IMG/VR virus record: IMGVR_UViG_3300018424_003600
Span: 1 to 64,000 of that record
DNA length: 64,000 nucleotides
Source of the DNA: a virus
Direction: 5' to 3' (one strand)
Part shown: one piece after another, positions 9,697 through 18,178 of the stretch
How the letters are laid out: each line of letters begins with the position of its first letter
Numbering within the stretch: the stretch's first letter is position 1
Made by a program: the position numbers and the translations under genes
Notes under the pieces: generated by a model
What the model saw: the letters and a program-made list of their open reading frames with translations, nothing else
Told to the model about the DNA's origin: nothing
Databases searched by the model: none

Positions 9697-10938
9697 TTAT
9701 AACTCTAAATTTTTTATTTGCTGCTTATTATATATCAGCAACGATTGCATGTCTTGCTGGATCCTGGCTAGTTCTTCATTGCTATATGCTGCAATAGTAT
9801 CTATAACATCAAAAATTTTATACATACGTTTTGTATGATCAAATTCATCATCATAGGATTCGTCCCAATAATTACCAAAAGTTTTGAAGCCCATATCTTT
9901 TGCAGTTTGCAGAGACTTTGGCGGTCCAACAATTACAAAAGGCATATGGTTAAAAATTGCAGATAAAGTTTTATCGCTTATGTAACTAGTAATATCTAAA
10001 AAACTTGATTCATTTACAATACTACAGAATGCATCAGAATATATTGTGTTTGGCATATCTGGCACATTATCAAATTCTGGTAACTTAAATCTATCTAAAA
10101 TGTTGCCTTCTAATACTGTAGGATTTTTAACATTAACATCTAACGACAAAGGAACTGTTTCATTTAATTTTTTAAAACCATTCAGTAGCTTGTTATTAGG
10201 TTCGAACCAAATATTTCTTTTAAAGTTTTCTTGTGTAGATTTATAACTCCAACTAATTTTAGAGTTATAATTTTTAAGATATGCTGCTATGATATGTCTA
10301 TAAGGTTCATATCTCCAATTTGAATTAACAAACGTATATTTTATTTTTTGTTTTTGTACAACAGATTTATCAATATTTTGTTTTATGTACTGCTGTAAAA
10401 ATAAATCTTTCCATGCAAACTTTAAATTTTTATATCTCAAAAATGCTTTTGAAACACCGTGTTCAGAAGTATAAACTGTTACGTTATTTAAATTGTTGTT
10501 ATTAACAAAATCTTGTATACTATCTAATTGTCCGCAGCGTGGATTATTAAAAATTCCTGCGTTTATGCCATTATCATTATTAAGTTGCAAAAAGTTTTGT
10601 TTTGCCCTTCTTGAATGATATACTCTATCACTATCGTATTTCATTAGATTTTCAGTTAAAAAAATGTGCAAACCTTGTTTGTTTAAAAAATCAACTGTTG
10701 AGCTATCGTATTTTAGAGTGTTGAATTGCACTGACTCAAACGTATTGTTAAACATCATATAAGGAACATTTATATTTCCTAATAACTCTATATAATTTTT
10801 AAAGTCTTGTATCTTAGGAGAATAGAAATGTTCTTCGCCGCTATCGTAATCAGCTAATAACACACGACTACAGTCTTCCAATATTAAACATGAGGTTCCA
10901 TTGAAATTTTCTAATAAAATTATTCTATCAGATTTCAT
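9697..10938 (-). CDS. putative glycosyltransferase (GT-B-like), paralog of 27110..28366
   Basis: C-terminal 'SIVNES.F...ISDKT...I....PFVIVG......GFKTF..YWDESYD' motif resembling the GT10/exostosin-type nucleotide-binding half. Confidence 0.5.
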   Translation of the reverse strand: MKSDRIILLENFNGTSCLILEDCSRVLLADYDSGEEHFYSPKIQDFKNYIELLGNINVPYMMFNNTFESVQFNTLKYDSSTVDFLNKQGLHIFLTENLMKYDSDRVYHSRRAKQNFLQLNNDNGINAGIFNNPRCGQLDSIQDFVNNNNLNNVTVYTSEHGVSKAFLRYKNLKFAWKDLFLQQYIKQNIDKSVVQKQKIKYTFVNSNWRYEPYRHIIAAYLKNYNSKISWSYKSTQENFKRNIWFEPNNKLLNGFKKLNETVPLSLDVNVKNPTVLEGNILDRFKLPEFDNVPDMPNTIYSDAFCSIVNESSFLDITSYISDKTLSAIFNHMPFVIVGPPKSLQTAKDMGFKTFGNYWDESYDDEFDHTKRMYKIFDVIDTIAAYSNEELARIQQDMQSLLIYNKQQIKNLEL

Positions 10939-11428
10939 TAACAATGCCTGTAACTTGTAAAGTATATCTATTGTGCATACCTAAATTTATAGCACTGTGA
11001 GGTGTTTCACCTTGCCAAGATTTAACGTTGCCCGATTTCCAATTTGTAAAACAGTCGTTGTTTACAACTAGCATATGCCCTGGTACACTATCTTCTAAAA
11101 ATATGACGTAGCGTTTTATGTTGTTTAAATCTGTAACATTATATTTTTTAGAATAAAATCCATATTTGTCTTGATGTACTGGAAGATAGTTACCAGGAAC
11201 TAATCGATGTATTGCAATGCCAATATGTTTAAGATTAGGAAAATAAGATTTAACTGTTTCTGTAAATTCATTGGTATACGACAATTGATATACATCAATT
11301 GTTAATTTTTCTAAATCGTGTCCACTGTTTTTCCAATGTTCAACTTGATTAGGATCTTTGAAATGTTCAGTAGTATAGTTGAGTTTTTTATAGAAATCAT
11401 TCCAAAAAGGTTCAATATGCACAGTCAT
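10928..11428 (-). CDS. 2OG-Fe(II) oxygenase-like protein
   Basis: 'LPVHQD', 'HSAINLG...RYTLQ' (HxD...H...R). Confidence 0.7.
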   Translation of the reverse strand: MTVHIEPFWNDFYKKLNYTTEHFKDPNQVEHWKNSGHDLEKLTIDVYQLSYTNEFTETVKSYFPNLKHIGIAIHRLVPGNYLPVHQDKYGFYSKKYNVTDLNNIKRYVIFLEDSVPGHMLVVNNDCFTNWKSGNVKSWQGETPHSAINLGMHNRYTLQVTGIVNEI

Positions 11429-11432
11429 AACG

Positions 11433-11462
11433 TATTTATAACCCTACTTTATATCATAAATA
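11433..11462. promoter_or_regulatory. back-to-back late promoters: TATAAATA (minus, 11433-11440) and TAAATA (plus, 11457-11462)
   Basis: Each motif lies 4 nt before the ATG of one of two divergent genes. Confidence 0.6.
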
Positions 11463-11466
11463 TGTT

Positions 11467-12150
11467 ATGATTGAAAGAATTTCACTTGTTGTTTCAAACA
11501 AATTAATGGATGAAGCACGTAACTCCTTACCCAATATTGATTTTAAATTAAGTTTAAATCAACCTACTGGTGATTTCTTTTACGATCCTTGGGAAATTAA
11601 AGACGAATTTAAAAATACTGTTTGGGAAGAAATTATTGATAGTTTGCCTAGCGATCGAGGCGAAGCTAGAATTATAAAACTAGACATTAAAACGTGTTAT
11701 GCTATGCATTCTGACATTGATGATAGATGGCATTTGGCATTACAAAAAGGTGAAAGCTATCTAGTAGACTTAGACAAAAAAGACATGCACCAAACACTGC
11801 CAGGTATTTGGTATATTATGGATGCCGGAAGACTACATAGTGCAGTAAATTTTGGAGATGCTAGTAGATATCAATTGGTTGTTAGAAAACTACTGAATAA
11901 AAATACACTAACTGCTCCAGTAGGAGTAAATTTATCTATTAACAATCCTCCTGAAAATTATAGATATGTTGTAGATCAATTTATTAGTCCAAAGTTAAAT
12001 TACTGGAACAAAAATAATAAATTATCAAATTTCAAACAAAATAACGACAAATCAATTTCTTTTATGTTAGAAAAAGATTCAATATCTGAATTAGAAAAAG
12101 CAGTAGACAAACTTAACTTAGACACAAGAGTAATTTATGACTCCATTTAA
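11467..12150 (+). CDS. 2OG-Fe(II) oxygenase-like (Asp/Asn beta-hydroxylase-like) protein
   Basis: 'YAMHSD', 'HSAVNFG...RYQLV'; extra C-terminal domain. Confidence 0.7.
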   Translation: MIERISLVVSNKLMDEARNSLPNIDFKLSLNQPTGDFFYDPWEIKDEFKNTVWEEIIDSLPSDRGEARIIKLDIKTCYAMHSDIDDRWHLALQKGESYLVDLDKKDMHQTLPGIWYIMDAGRLHSAVNFGDASRYQLVVRKLLNKNTLTAPVGVNLSINNPPENYRYVVDQFISPKLNYWNKNNKLSNFKQNNDKSISFMLEKDSISELEKAVDKLNLDTRVIYDSI

Positions 12151-12691
12151 AAAATATATAGATGGCAACTTATGTCAAGCAACACCTATATATGACGGGC
12201 TTTATGACGATGACACATTTGTAATGAAATTTAAAGATTCGTTTTGGTTTAACCAAGAAATAAGAGGCATAGGATTAATATCTCACAAATGGTATGCTCC
12301 TGAGATTACTTCTGTTAACTCTTTAGAAAAAGAAATTAAATTTAAGTGGTATGATACTAATCTAAATCATTTATTTCATTTTAACAAAAATTTACCAAAT
12401 GACTGGAGAGAACAAATTAAGTATATTCTACAAGACTTAAAGGATGCAGGATTATATAAACTTAATATATATCCACATACTTTTTTTGTAAAAAACGATA
12501 AAATTTGTATAATGGATTTACATGCCTGTCTATGTCACGATGACGAAATAAAACAAGATGCTATTGGAGATGTTATAAACGACAAAAATAGATTTCAATT
12601 TGAAAACGGCATTTTAAATATCAAAGATACATATGAATATACAATAAAACAAAACATAGGAAACTGGCCTGGGAATTTTTTAAATGGTTAA
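12137..12691 (+). CDS. degenerate protein-kinase-like fold protein
   Basis: 'VMKF....FNQE.......WYAPEI', 'ILQDL...GLYKLNIYP', 'IMDLH'. Confidence 0.45.
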   Translation: MTPFKKYIDGNLCQATPIYDGLYDDDTFVMKFKDSFWFNQEIRGIGLISHKWYAPEITSVNSLEKEIKFKWYDTNLNHLFHFNKNLPNDWREQIKYILQDLKDAGLYKLNIYPHTFFVKNDKICIMDLHACLCHDDEIKQDAIGDVINDKNRFQFENGILNIKDTYEYTIKQNIGNWPGNFLNG

Positions 12692-13232
12692 ATTTATAGG
12701 AAACTGTAATAACATAATAGACTGGAATGCAGTTATTGAATGTGTAAACAATTCTACACCTGCGTACATAGGTCCAAGACACGATGTAGGACATCATGTA
12801 GAAGGTGTTCAGGAAGTTGCAGCACCGTTGCGTGATGCAGGTTATAAATTTAAAGCAGAAGGCGGTAATGCTAGTTGGGAAATGCATTTTCCGGGCGAAC
12901 AATTCCCCAAAGAAATAGTTACAACATTTATGGATTTTGTCGGAATGAAATCGTATATAAATTGTTGGATTAGTAAAGTATTACCAGGCGATGTTGCACC
13001 GTGGCATTGGGATATTACAGATGACGAAAAAACGTTAGATGCTAGTGGAGATCTTAAAAGATTTCATTGTCATATAGATATTCCTAGACCTGGACATATT
13101 TTTATTTTAGACGATACTTGTTTATATAATGAAGCACAAGGAAATGTATATCAATGGCCAGATAGAAAAAGCTGGCATGCTGGTGCAAATGCAGGACTAA
13201 CTCCAAAGTATCTTTTTAATATATGGGGTTAA
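12684..13232 (+). CDS. 2OG-Fe(II) oxygenase-like protein
   Basis: 'PGDVAPWHWD', 'WHAGANAGLTPKY'. Confidence 0.7.
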   Translation: MVKFIGNCNNIIDWNAVIECVNNSTPAYIGPRHDVGHHVEGVQEVAAPLRDAGYKFKAEGGNASWEMHFPGEQFPKEIVTTFMDFVGMKSYINCWISKVLPGDVAPWHWDITDDEKTLDASGDLKRFHCHIDIPRPGHIFILDDTCLYNEAQGNVYQWPDRKSWHAGANAGLTPKYLFNIWG

Positions 13233-14044
13233 TAAAATTCTAAAGTATTTATACCAAGTACTTTTCTAAACTCTGGTGTAAACTTACAATCAACTCGCAT
13301 ACCGTATTCAATTTCTTTAGATTCTTCACCTCCATGCCAATCTTGGTCATTCCAAAAACCTGCATGACAATTTAGATAGTGCTTGTTTTGTGTTTCTGGA
13401 TCCCATATATAAAATCCTCTTTTTGTACGATAGCGTATGTGTATAAATTCGTTGTTGTGCGGACTATATTGTTTATCGTCCATGACGCCATTGTTTGCAT
13501 CTAAATCTCTGTGTTCAAATGCTCTTCCGTTATGATCACAATGAAAAAATATCACACGTCCTATTTGATCAATAACACCTTCTGTAACTAAATTTTCTAC
13601 CCATTTAACTGCTCCTGGAAAATATGAGCTTTCTTCTGTTTTTTGACGTTCGGCATTGCGTTCGTTCCAATCGCCTTCATTCCATAAAAAATAATATATG
13701 TAAGGATCGTTAGCATCTAGAGTAGCTTTTAAATAACGTGTAAAAATATTTCGTTGTTTATAGTCACCAAAATTAGTAGGTAATATTTTATTGCCTTCTA
13801 TCTTAATAGGATTATCGTCTGGTAATGCTTGATATTCTTCCCATGCCTTGTATATAGGCTTCCAATTAATAGTGTAACTACAATCTTTCCAATCAAACCC
13901 GGGTGCCATCCACGTGCCTTCTTTTGCATAATCTCGTGCTAGTGCAAATCCTCGACATATTTCAGGATGCAAATTTTTGAATCCTTCTATGTCTAAGTAA
14001 GGATCTAAGTTAATATACGGTTTTCCGCCAATTCCTCTTATCAT
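13229..14044 (-). CDS. putative 2OG-Fe(II) oxygenase-like protein
   Basis: 'IGRVIFF', 'FEHRD', 'WHGGE', 'MRVD' fit an HxD...H...R pattern. Confidence 0.5.
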   Translation of the reverse strand: MIRGIGGKPYINLDPYLDIEGFKNLHPEICRGFALARDYAKEGTWMAPGFDWKDCSYTINWKPIYKAWEEYQALPDDNPIKIEGNKILPTNFGDYKQRNIFTRYLKATLDANDPYIYYFLWNEGDWNERNAERQKTEESSYFPGAVKWVENLVTEGVIDQIGRVIFFHCDHNGRAFEHRDLDANNGVMDDKQYSPHNNEFIHIRYRTKRGFYIWDPETQNKHYLNCHAGFWNDQDWHGGEESKEIEYGMRVDCKFTPEFRKVLGINTLEFY

Positions 14045-14047
14045 ATA

Positions 14048-14068
14048 ACTACTTATGCGGTAAGTAGT
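14048..14068. promoter_or_regulatory. divergent late-promoter variants (TAAGTA on both strands) forming a perfect 8-bp inverted repeat
   Basis: actactta-tgcgg-taagtagt; each TAAGTA is 5 nt before a divergent ATG (14044, 14072). Confidence 0.55.
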
Positions 14069-14071
14069 AGT

Positions 14072-14764
14072 ATGAATACTAAGTTTGAGTATTATTTTAA
14101 CGACATACCCGGAACTGGACTCTGTAGAAACAATTTAATTTATACAAGTCTTGTTGATTCTAATTTGACTACATTTGTACAATGGTATTATAATGACGGA
14201 GAATACCATAAAGGACAAAATCAAGTAGTTGATCCTAGTCTAATGCAAGAAAAATTTGATAGAGAAGTAAAATACTTAACTCTAATGACTGAAAATTTTC
14301 CCGAGCTTGTTCCTAAAATAAAAGAGATTGATACTACAAACCGTAAAATTTATTTAGAAATTGACGGAAAAGATTTTTGGAATCGTGCAGGTTGCTTAAC
14401 AGAAAATTATGATAATGTGTTACCGGACTGGCAAGATCAAATGATCGAAATAATTAATGCACATAAAAGTTTAGGCCTTCACAAATATTCAATGCATCCT
14501 TCAAGTTATTTTGTAATAGATGGAAAACTAAAAAGTATTAATTACTTTTTTACATACCATAACACCGAACCTAACTTTAGTATTGCAGATGTAGAAAGTC
14601 ACATATACAGTACACGTCAAGATAAAATGCGAGAGCATTTAGAAACTTTAGGTATTGAGTGGAATACTCCGCAGACATTCGAAACTATGGATAAATTATG
14701 CTGGAATAGTTTTAGAAATAATTATCCTATAGAGTTTATAGAAAGAGTTTTACAAAAAATATGA
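14072..14764 (+). CDS. degenerate protein-kinase-like fold protein
   Basis: 'FDREVKYL.......VPKI', 'GLHKYSMHP', 'LKSINYF'; distant paralog of 12137..12691 (shared LPxDWxxQ). Confidence 0.45.
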   Translation: MNTKFEYYFNDIPGTGLCRNNLIYTSLVDSNLTTFVQWYYNDGEYHKGQNQVVDPSLMQEKFDREVKYLTLMTENFPELVPKIKEIDTTNRKIYLEIDGKDFWNRAGCLTENYDNVLPDWQDQMIEIINAHKSLGLHKYSMHPSSYFVIDGKLKSINYFFTYHNTEPNFSIADVESHIYSTRQDKMREHLETLGIEWNTPQTFETMDKLCWNSFRNNYPIEFIERVLQKI

Positions 14765-15441
14765 ATTTATACTTAAATCCAAAATGGCAGAGAATTGGAA
14801 TTAGTCTTAGTGGAGGAGCAGATAGTGCTTTATTAGCATACCTTATCTTAAAACAAACTAATGCCGAAATATTTTTTACTACACAAATACGTATGTGGAA
14901 GTCGAGACCTTGGCAAGGATATATTGCAAGACAAGTAGTACGTTGGTTTAAATTTAATTTTCCGCACACAATACATCACATTGAAGGATTTATTCCTCCA
15001 GAAATGGAAGAACCGCATACTACAAATATAAAAGACGAATACGGTAAAATTAAACCTGGTAATAGAATTATACTTAGGGCGCATAATGAATATATTGCAC
15101 ACGAACACAAATTAGATGCTTGGTTTGCAGGAGTAAATAAAAATCCAGACATAGAAATACCCGGAGCATTATCTGAAAGAGACGAAGGTACGTTACCTGT
15201 ACATATGGAACATATGGGAGTTGACATTTATCATCCTTTCGTGTATACTAGTAAAGACTGGATTATAAAACAGTACTATGAAAATAAAATAGAAGATTTA
15301 TTAAATTTAACTCGAAGTTGCGAAGGCGAGTTTGAAGGATTAGATTATACTACATGGACTCCGGGTAAAAATGTACCCACTTGCGGAGAATGTTTTTGGT
15401 GTAAAGAAAGAGAATGGGCTATTAACAAATGTCAAGATTAA
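14761..15441 (+). CDS. QueC-like PP-loop ATPase (7-cyano-7-deazaguanine synthase-like)
   Basis: PP-loop 'ISLSGGADS', 'PF...SKD', Zn motif 'TRSC...CGECFWC'. Confidence 0.7.
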   Translation: MNLYLNPKWQRIGISLSGGADSALLAYLILKQTNAEIFFTTQIRMWKSRPWQGYIARQVVRWFKFNFPHTIHHIEGFIPPEMEEPHTTNIKDEYGKIKPGNRIILRAHNEYIAHEHKLDAWFAGVNKNPDIEIPGALSERDEGTLPVHMEHMGVDIYHPFVYTSKDWIIKQYYENKIEDLLNLTRSCEGEFEGLDYTTWTPGKNVPTCGECFWCKEREWAINKCQD

Positions 15442-16016
15442 TTACCTTTGGTTGTTCTTACACTTGGGGAGCCGGGTTACCTGGAGATGGTCTTTTTCCA
15501 AGCAAATTATCATGGCCAGTTTTAGTAGCTGAAGAATTAAACTTAGAGTTAATAAACAAAGGAGAACCTTCTGCTAGTAACACAGAAATATTATATGAGA
15601 TTTTAACATTTGATTATAAACCAACAGATATTATTGTAATTATGTGGACACATACACATAGAGATTTAATTTTTAGTAAATGGGGTGCTAGATTTAAGTC
15701 ATTAAGAAAAAGATTTAATGCTTCAAAAAAAGATAAATCTTGGCAAAAAATGATGAACAAAACAGATTATAATACAAAAAGTTGGTTGTGTATTCATCAT
15801 GCAGATCTTTTTTTAAGATCAAAAAATTTAAAATATTTACACTATCCATTTTCTATACACGAGTTGTCTAAATGCACAATTAAAGGATTAGAAATTTCAA
15901 ATTTTTGCAAAGATGGTATGGTTTTGTTAGACAAAGGGACAGATAATTTACATCCTGGTATACGATCTCATAAAGCTACTAGTAAGAATATAGTTAAGGT
16001 ATTAAATGAAAAATAA
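15429..16016 (+). CDS. SGNH/GDSL-like protein
   Basis: 'FGCSYTWG', 'N.G..SASN', C-terminal DxxH 'DNLHPG'. Confidence 0.65.
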   Translation: MSRLITFGCSYTWGAGLPGDGLFPSKLSWPVLVAEELNLELINKGEPSASNTEILYEILTFDYKPTDIIVIMWTHTHRDLIFSKWGARFKSLRKRFNASKKDKSWQKMMNKTDYNTKSWLCIHHADLFLRSKNLKYLHYPFSIHELSKCTIKGLEISNFCKDGMVLLDKGTDNLHPGIRSHKATSKNIVKVLNEK

Positions 16017-17274
16017 ATCGTGTACATTTTGTATGCACCCGTTTACAGGGCTTGCTACACGAGAAGACGGAGCAATTAAGGTTTGTTGCCGTAGTGCTCC
16101 TATTGGATTTATACAAAATGAAACTCTAGAAGAAGCATGGAACAACGATACCATGCGAGAAGTACGCAGGCAAGTATTAAATAACGAGCGTCCAGAAGTT
16201 TGTAAGCCGTGCTTTGACCTAGAAGATCAGGGCGTACAGAGCTTACGACAGCGTCATATAGCAGGGGTTATACCAGAAGCACGTATAAACTTGTATCCAG
16301 ATGCACTAGACGCACTAGACGACAATTATACAATGCCATTTGAGCTTCCTACTATGGAAATTAAGCTCAATAATCTCTGTAACCTCAAATGTCGTATGTG
16401 CAATCCTTTAGATAGTACACAATGGAAAGACTGGAGTGAGGTAAAACCTTTTTACGAAAAAGAGAATAATATTCTTATTCCAATTATAGACAAACTTACA
16501 GACACACCTGGAAAATATATTGGACCGTTTGACAACAGTGAAAACTGGTGGGCATCCTTTACTAAACTATTGCCGCACTTCCGCAGAGTAGAATTTGCGG
16601 GTGGGGAACCTTTGATGGATCCTTATCATTACAAGATACTTGACATGTTAGCACCTTACGGCGAAAACATAGAACTAAAGTATGCTACAAACGGTACTAC
16701 GCTAGGTATAAAAGGGGGACGCACTATACACGACTATTGGCCTAAGTTTAAATCAATCGCTGTAAACGTAAGTATAGACGGTATACACGATGTCTACGAG
16801 TACATTAGAGGCAATGGTAAGTTTAGCGAAATAGAAGAAAACATCAAAGTGTTTAAGTCATTTCCTAATGTAAGTCGTGTAGTAGGTGCGTTTACTGTAC
16901 AAGCAAACAATATTATGCAGATTGACAAAGTAATAGAATACTTTTTAGAAGAAATGGGTATTGTTTTTTACTCGCATCGTGTAAACTATCCCATGGCACT
17001 ATCTGCTCAAGTTATTCCAAACTTTTTAAAAACAATTGTAATTAATAATCTTGAACAAATGAAACACAAAGTATTAGGCTATAGTTTAGTTAAAGAGTAT
17101 GATATAATAAAGCAAGTTACACTACAACAAATACAAGATAATATAAATTTCTTAGAAGCAAAAGACATGCATCCTACCCATTGGCAAGATTGTGTAAATT
17201 TTAATCGTGCGCTAGATAAAACACGTAATCAAGATTTTCTTACTGTAAACCCGGAGTTTGCTCCGTATGTATAG
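16006..17274 (+). CDS. radical SAM enzyme with N-terminal twitch/SPASM-like domain
   Basis: 'CNLKCRMC', 'FAGGEP', 'YATNG', 'VSIDG...YIRG'; N-terminal 'CMHPF...DG...CC...CKPC'. Confidence 0.9.
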   Translation: MKNKSCTFCMHPFTGLATREDGAIKVCCRSAPIGFIQNETLEEAWNNDTMREVRRQVLNNERPEVCKPCFDLEDQGVQSLRQRHIAGVIPEARINLYPDALDALDDNYTMPFELPTMEIKLNNLCNLKCRMCNPLDSTQWKDWSEVKPFYEKENNILIPIIDKLTDTPGKYIGPFDNSENWWASFTKLLPHFRRVEFAGGEPLMDPYHYKILDMLAPYGENIELKYATNGTTLGIKGGRTIHDYWPKFKSIAVNVSIDGIHDVYEYIRGNGKFSEIEENIKVFKSFPNVSRVVGAFTVQANNIMQIDKVIEYFLEEMGIVFYSHRVNYPMALSAQVIPNFLKTIVINNLEQMKHKVLGYSLVKEYDIIKQVTLQQIQDNINFLEAKDMHPTHWQDCVNFNRALDKTRNQDFLTVNPEFAPYV

Positions 17275-18178
17275 AATAGAAAGTAGATGGGGTCATCAAG
17301 ATAGTATACATGTTGAATGGAATATTGGTAAACGCTGTAACCTAGACTGTGCGTATTGTCCTGCTGAAATACACGACAATTTTTCACCACACACTGACTT
17401 AGATGTTATGGTTAACACAATATACGAATTAGAAAAAATAAACAAACCTATACGTTTAAGTTTAACTGGCGGTGAACCTACTGTGCATCCTAAAATTAAT
17501 GATATATTAGAATGTGCTAGTGCTAGACTACAATGGCTAAGTGTTACAACTAATGCATTACGTTCCCCCGAATGGTATATTAAACAGCCTGTGGACCAAT
17601 GGGTGTTTAGTTTACATTTTGACAATGAACATTCTATAAGAGCAACAGAAAATGTTGTTAGATATACACAGTTGCTTGATATGGAGAGTAAGGATACTAA
17701 ATTTCAAGTAAACTTAATGTGTCATCATGAATATATGGAAGATGTAAAGGCTGCTGCTATTTTGTTAGATTCTCATCATGTTCCGTATGTAACTAGACGT
17801 ATACGCTGGACTAAAGCAGATGACAGAGATTACTTTGACGATATGCGTTATAAAGAAAAAGACCTAGAATGGATACTTAGTAAAACTTCAACTGTTAAAG
17901 CAAATTGTGTTATCGACGGGGAACACAAAGTACATGCTAATGATATTATTAAGTACAAATGGAATCAATTTGAAAATTGGACTTGTAATGCAGGGCTAGA
18001 AAGTCTAATGATTAACTGGGACGGTGAAGTACATCGTGCTACATGTAGAGTAGGTGGGAGCTTAGGCAATATTTACGACGGTAGTTTTGAAATACCAAAA
18101 GAACCAATTGTTTGTACACGTAAATGGTGTACCTGTGCAGCAGACATTCCGTTGACTAAAGTAAACGTTGTTTCCTAG
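17267..18178 (+). CDS. radical SAM enzyme with C-terminal twitch/SPASM-like domain
   Basis: 'CNLDCAYC', 'LTGGEP', 'TTN', C-terminal 'CNAG...DG.V..ATC...C...CTC'; ATG 17267 with GGAG RBS. Confidence 0.9.
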   Translation: MYRIESRWGHQDSIHVEWNIGKRCNLDCAYCPAEIHDNFSPHTDLDVMVNTIYELEKINKPIRLSLTGGEPTVHPKINDILECASARLQWLSVTTNALRSPEWYIKQPVDQWVFSLHFDNEHSIRATENVVRYTQLLDMESKDTKFQVNLMCHHEYMEDVKAAAILLDSHHVPYVTRRIRWTKADDRDYFDDMRYKEKDLEWILSKTSTVKANCVIDGEHKVHANDIIKYKWNQFENWTCNAGLESLMINWDGEVHRATCRVGGSLGNIYDGSFEIPKEPIVCTRKWCTCAADIPLTKVNVVS

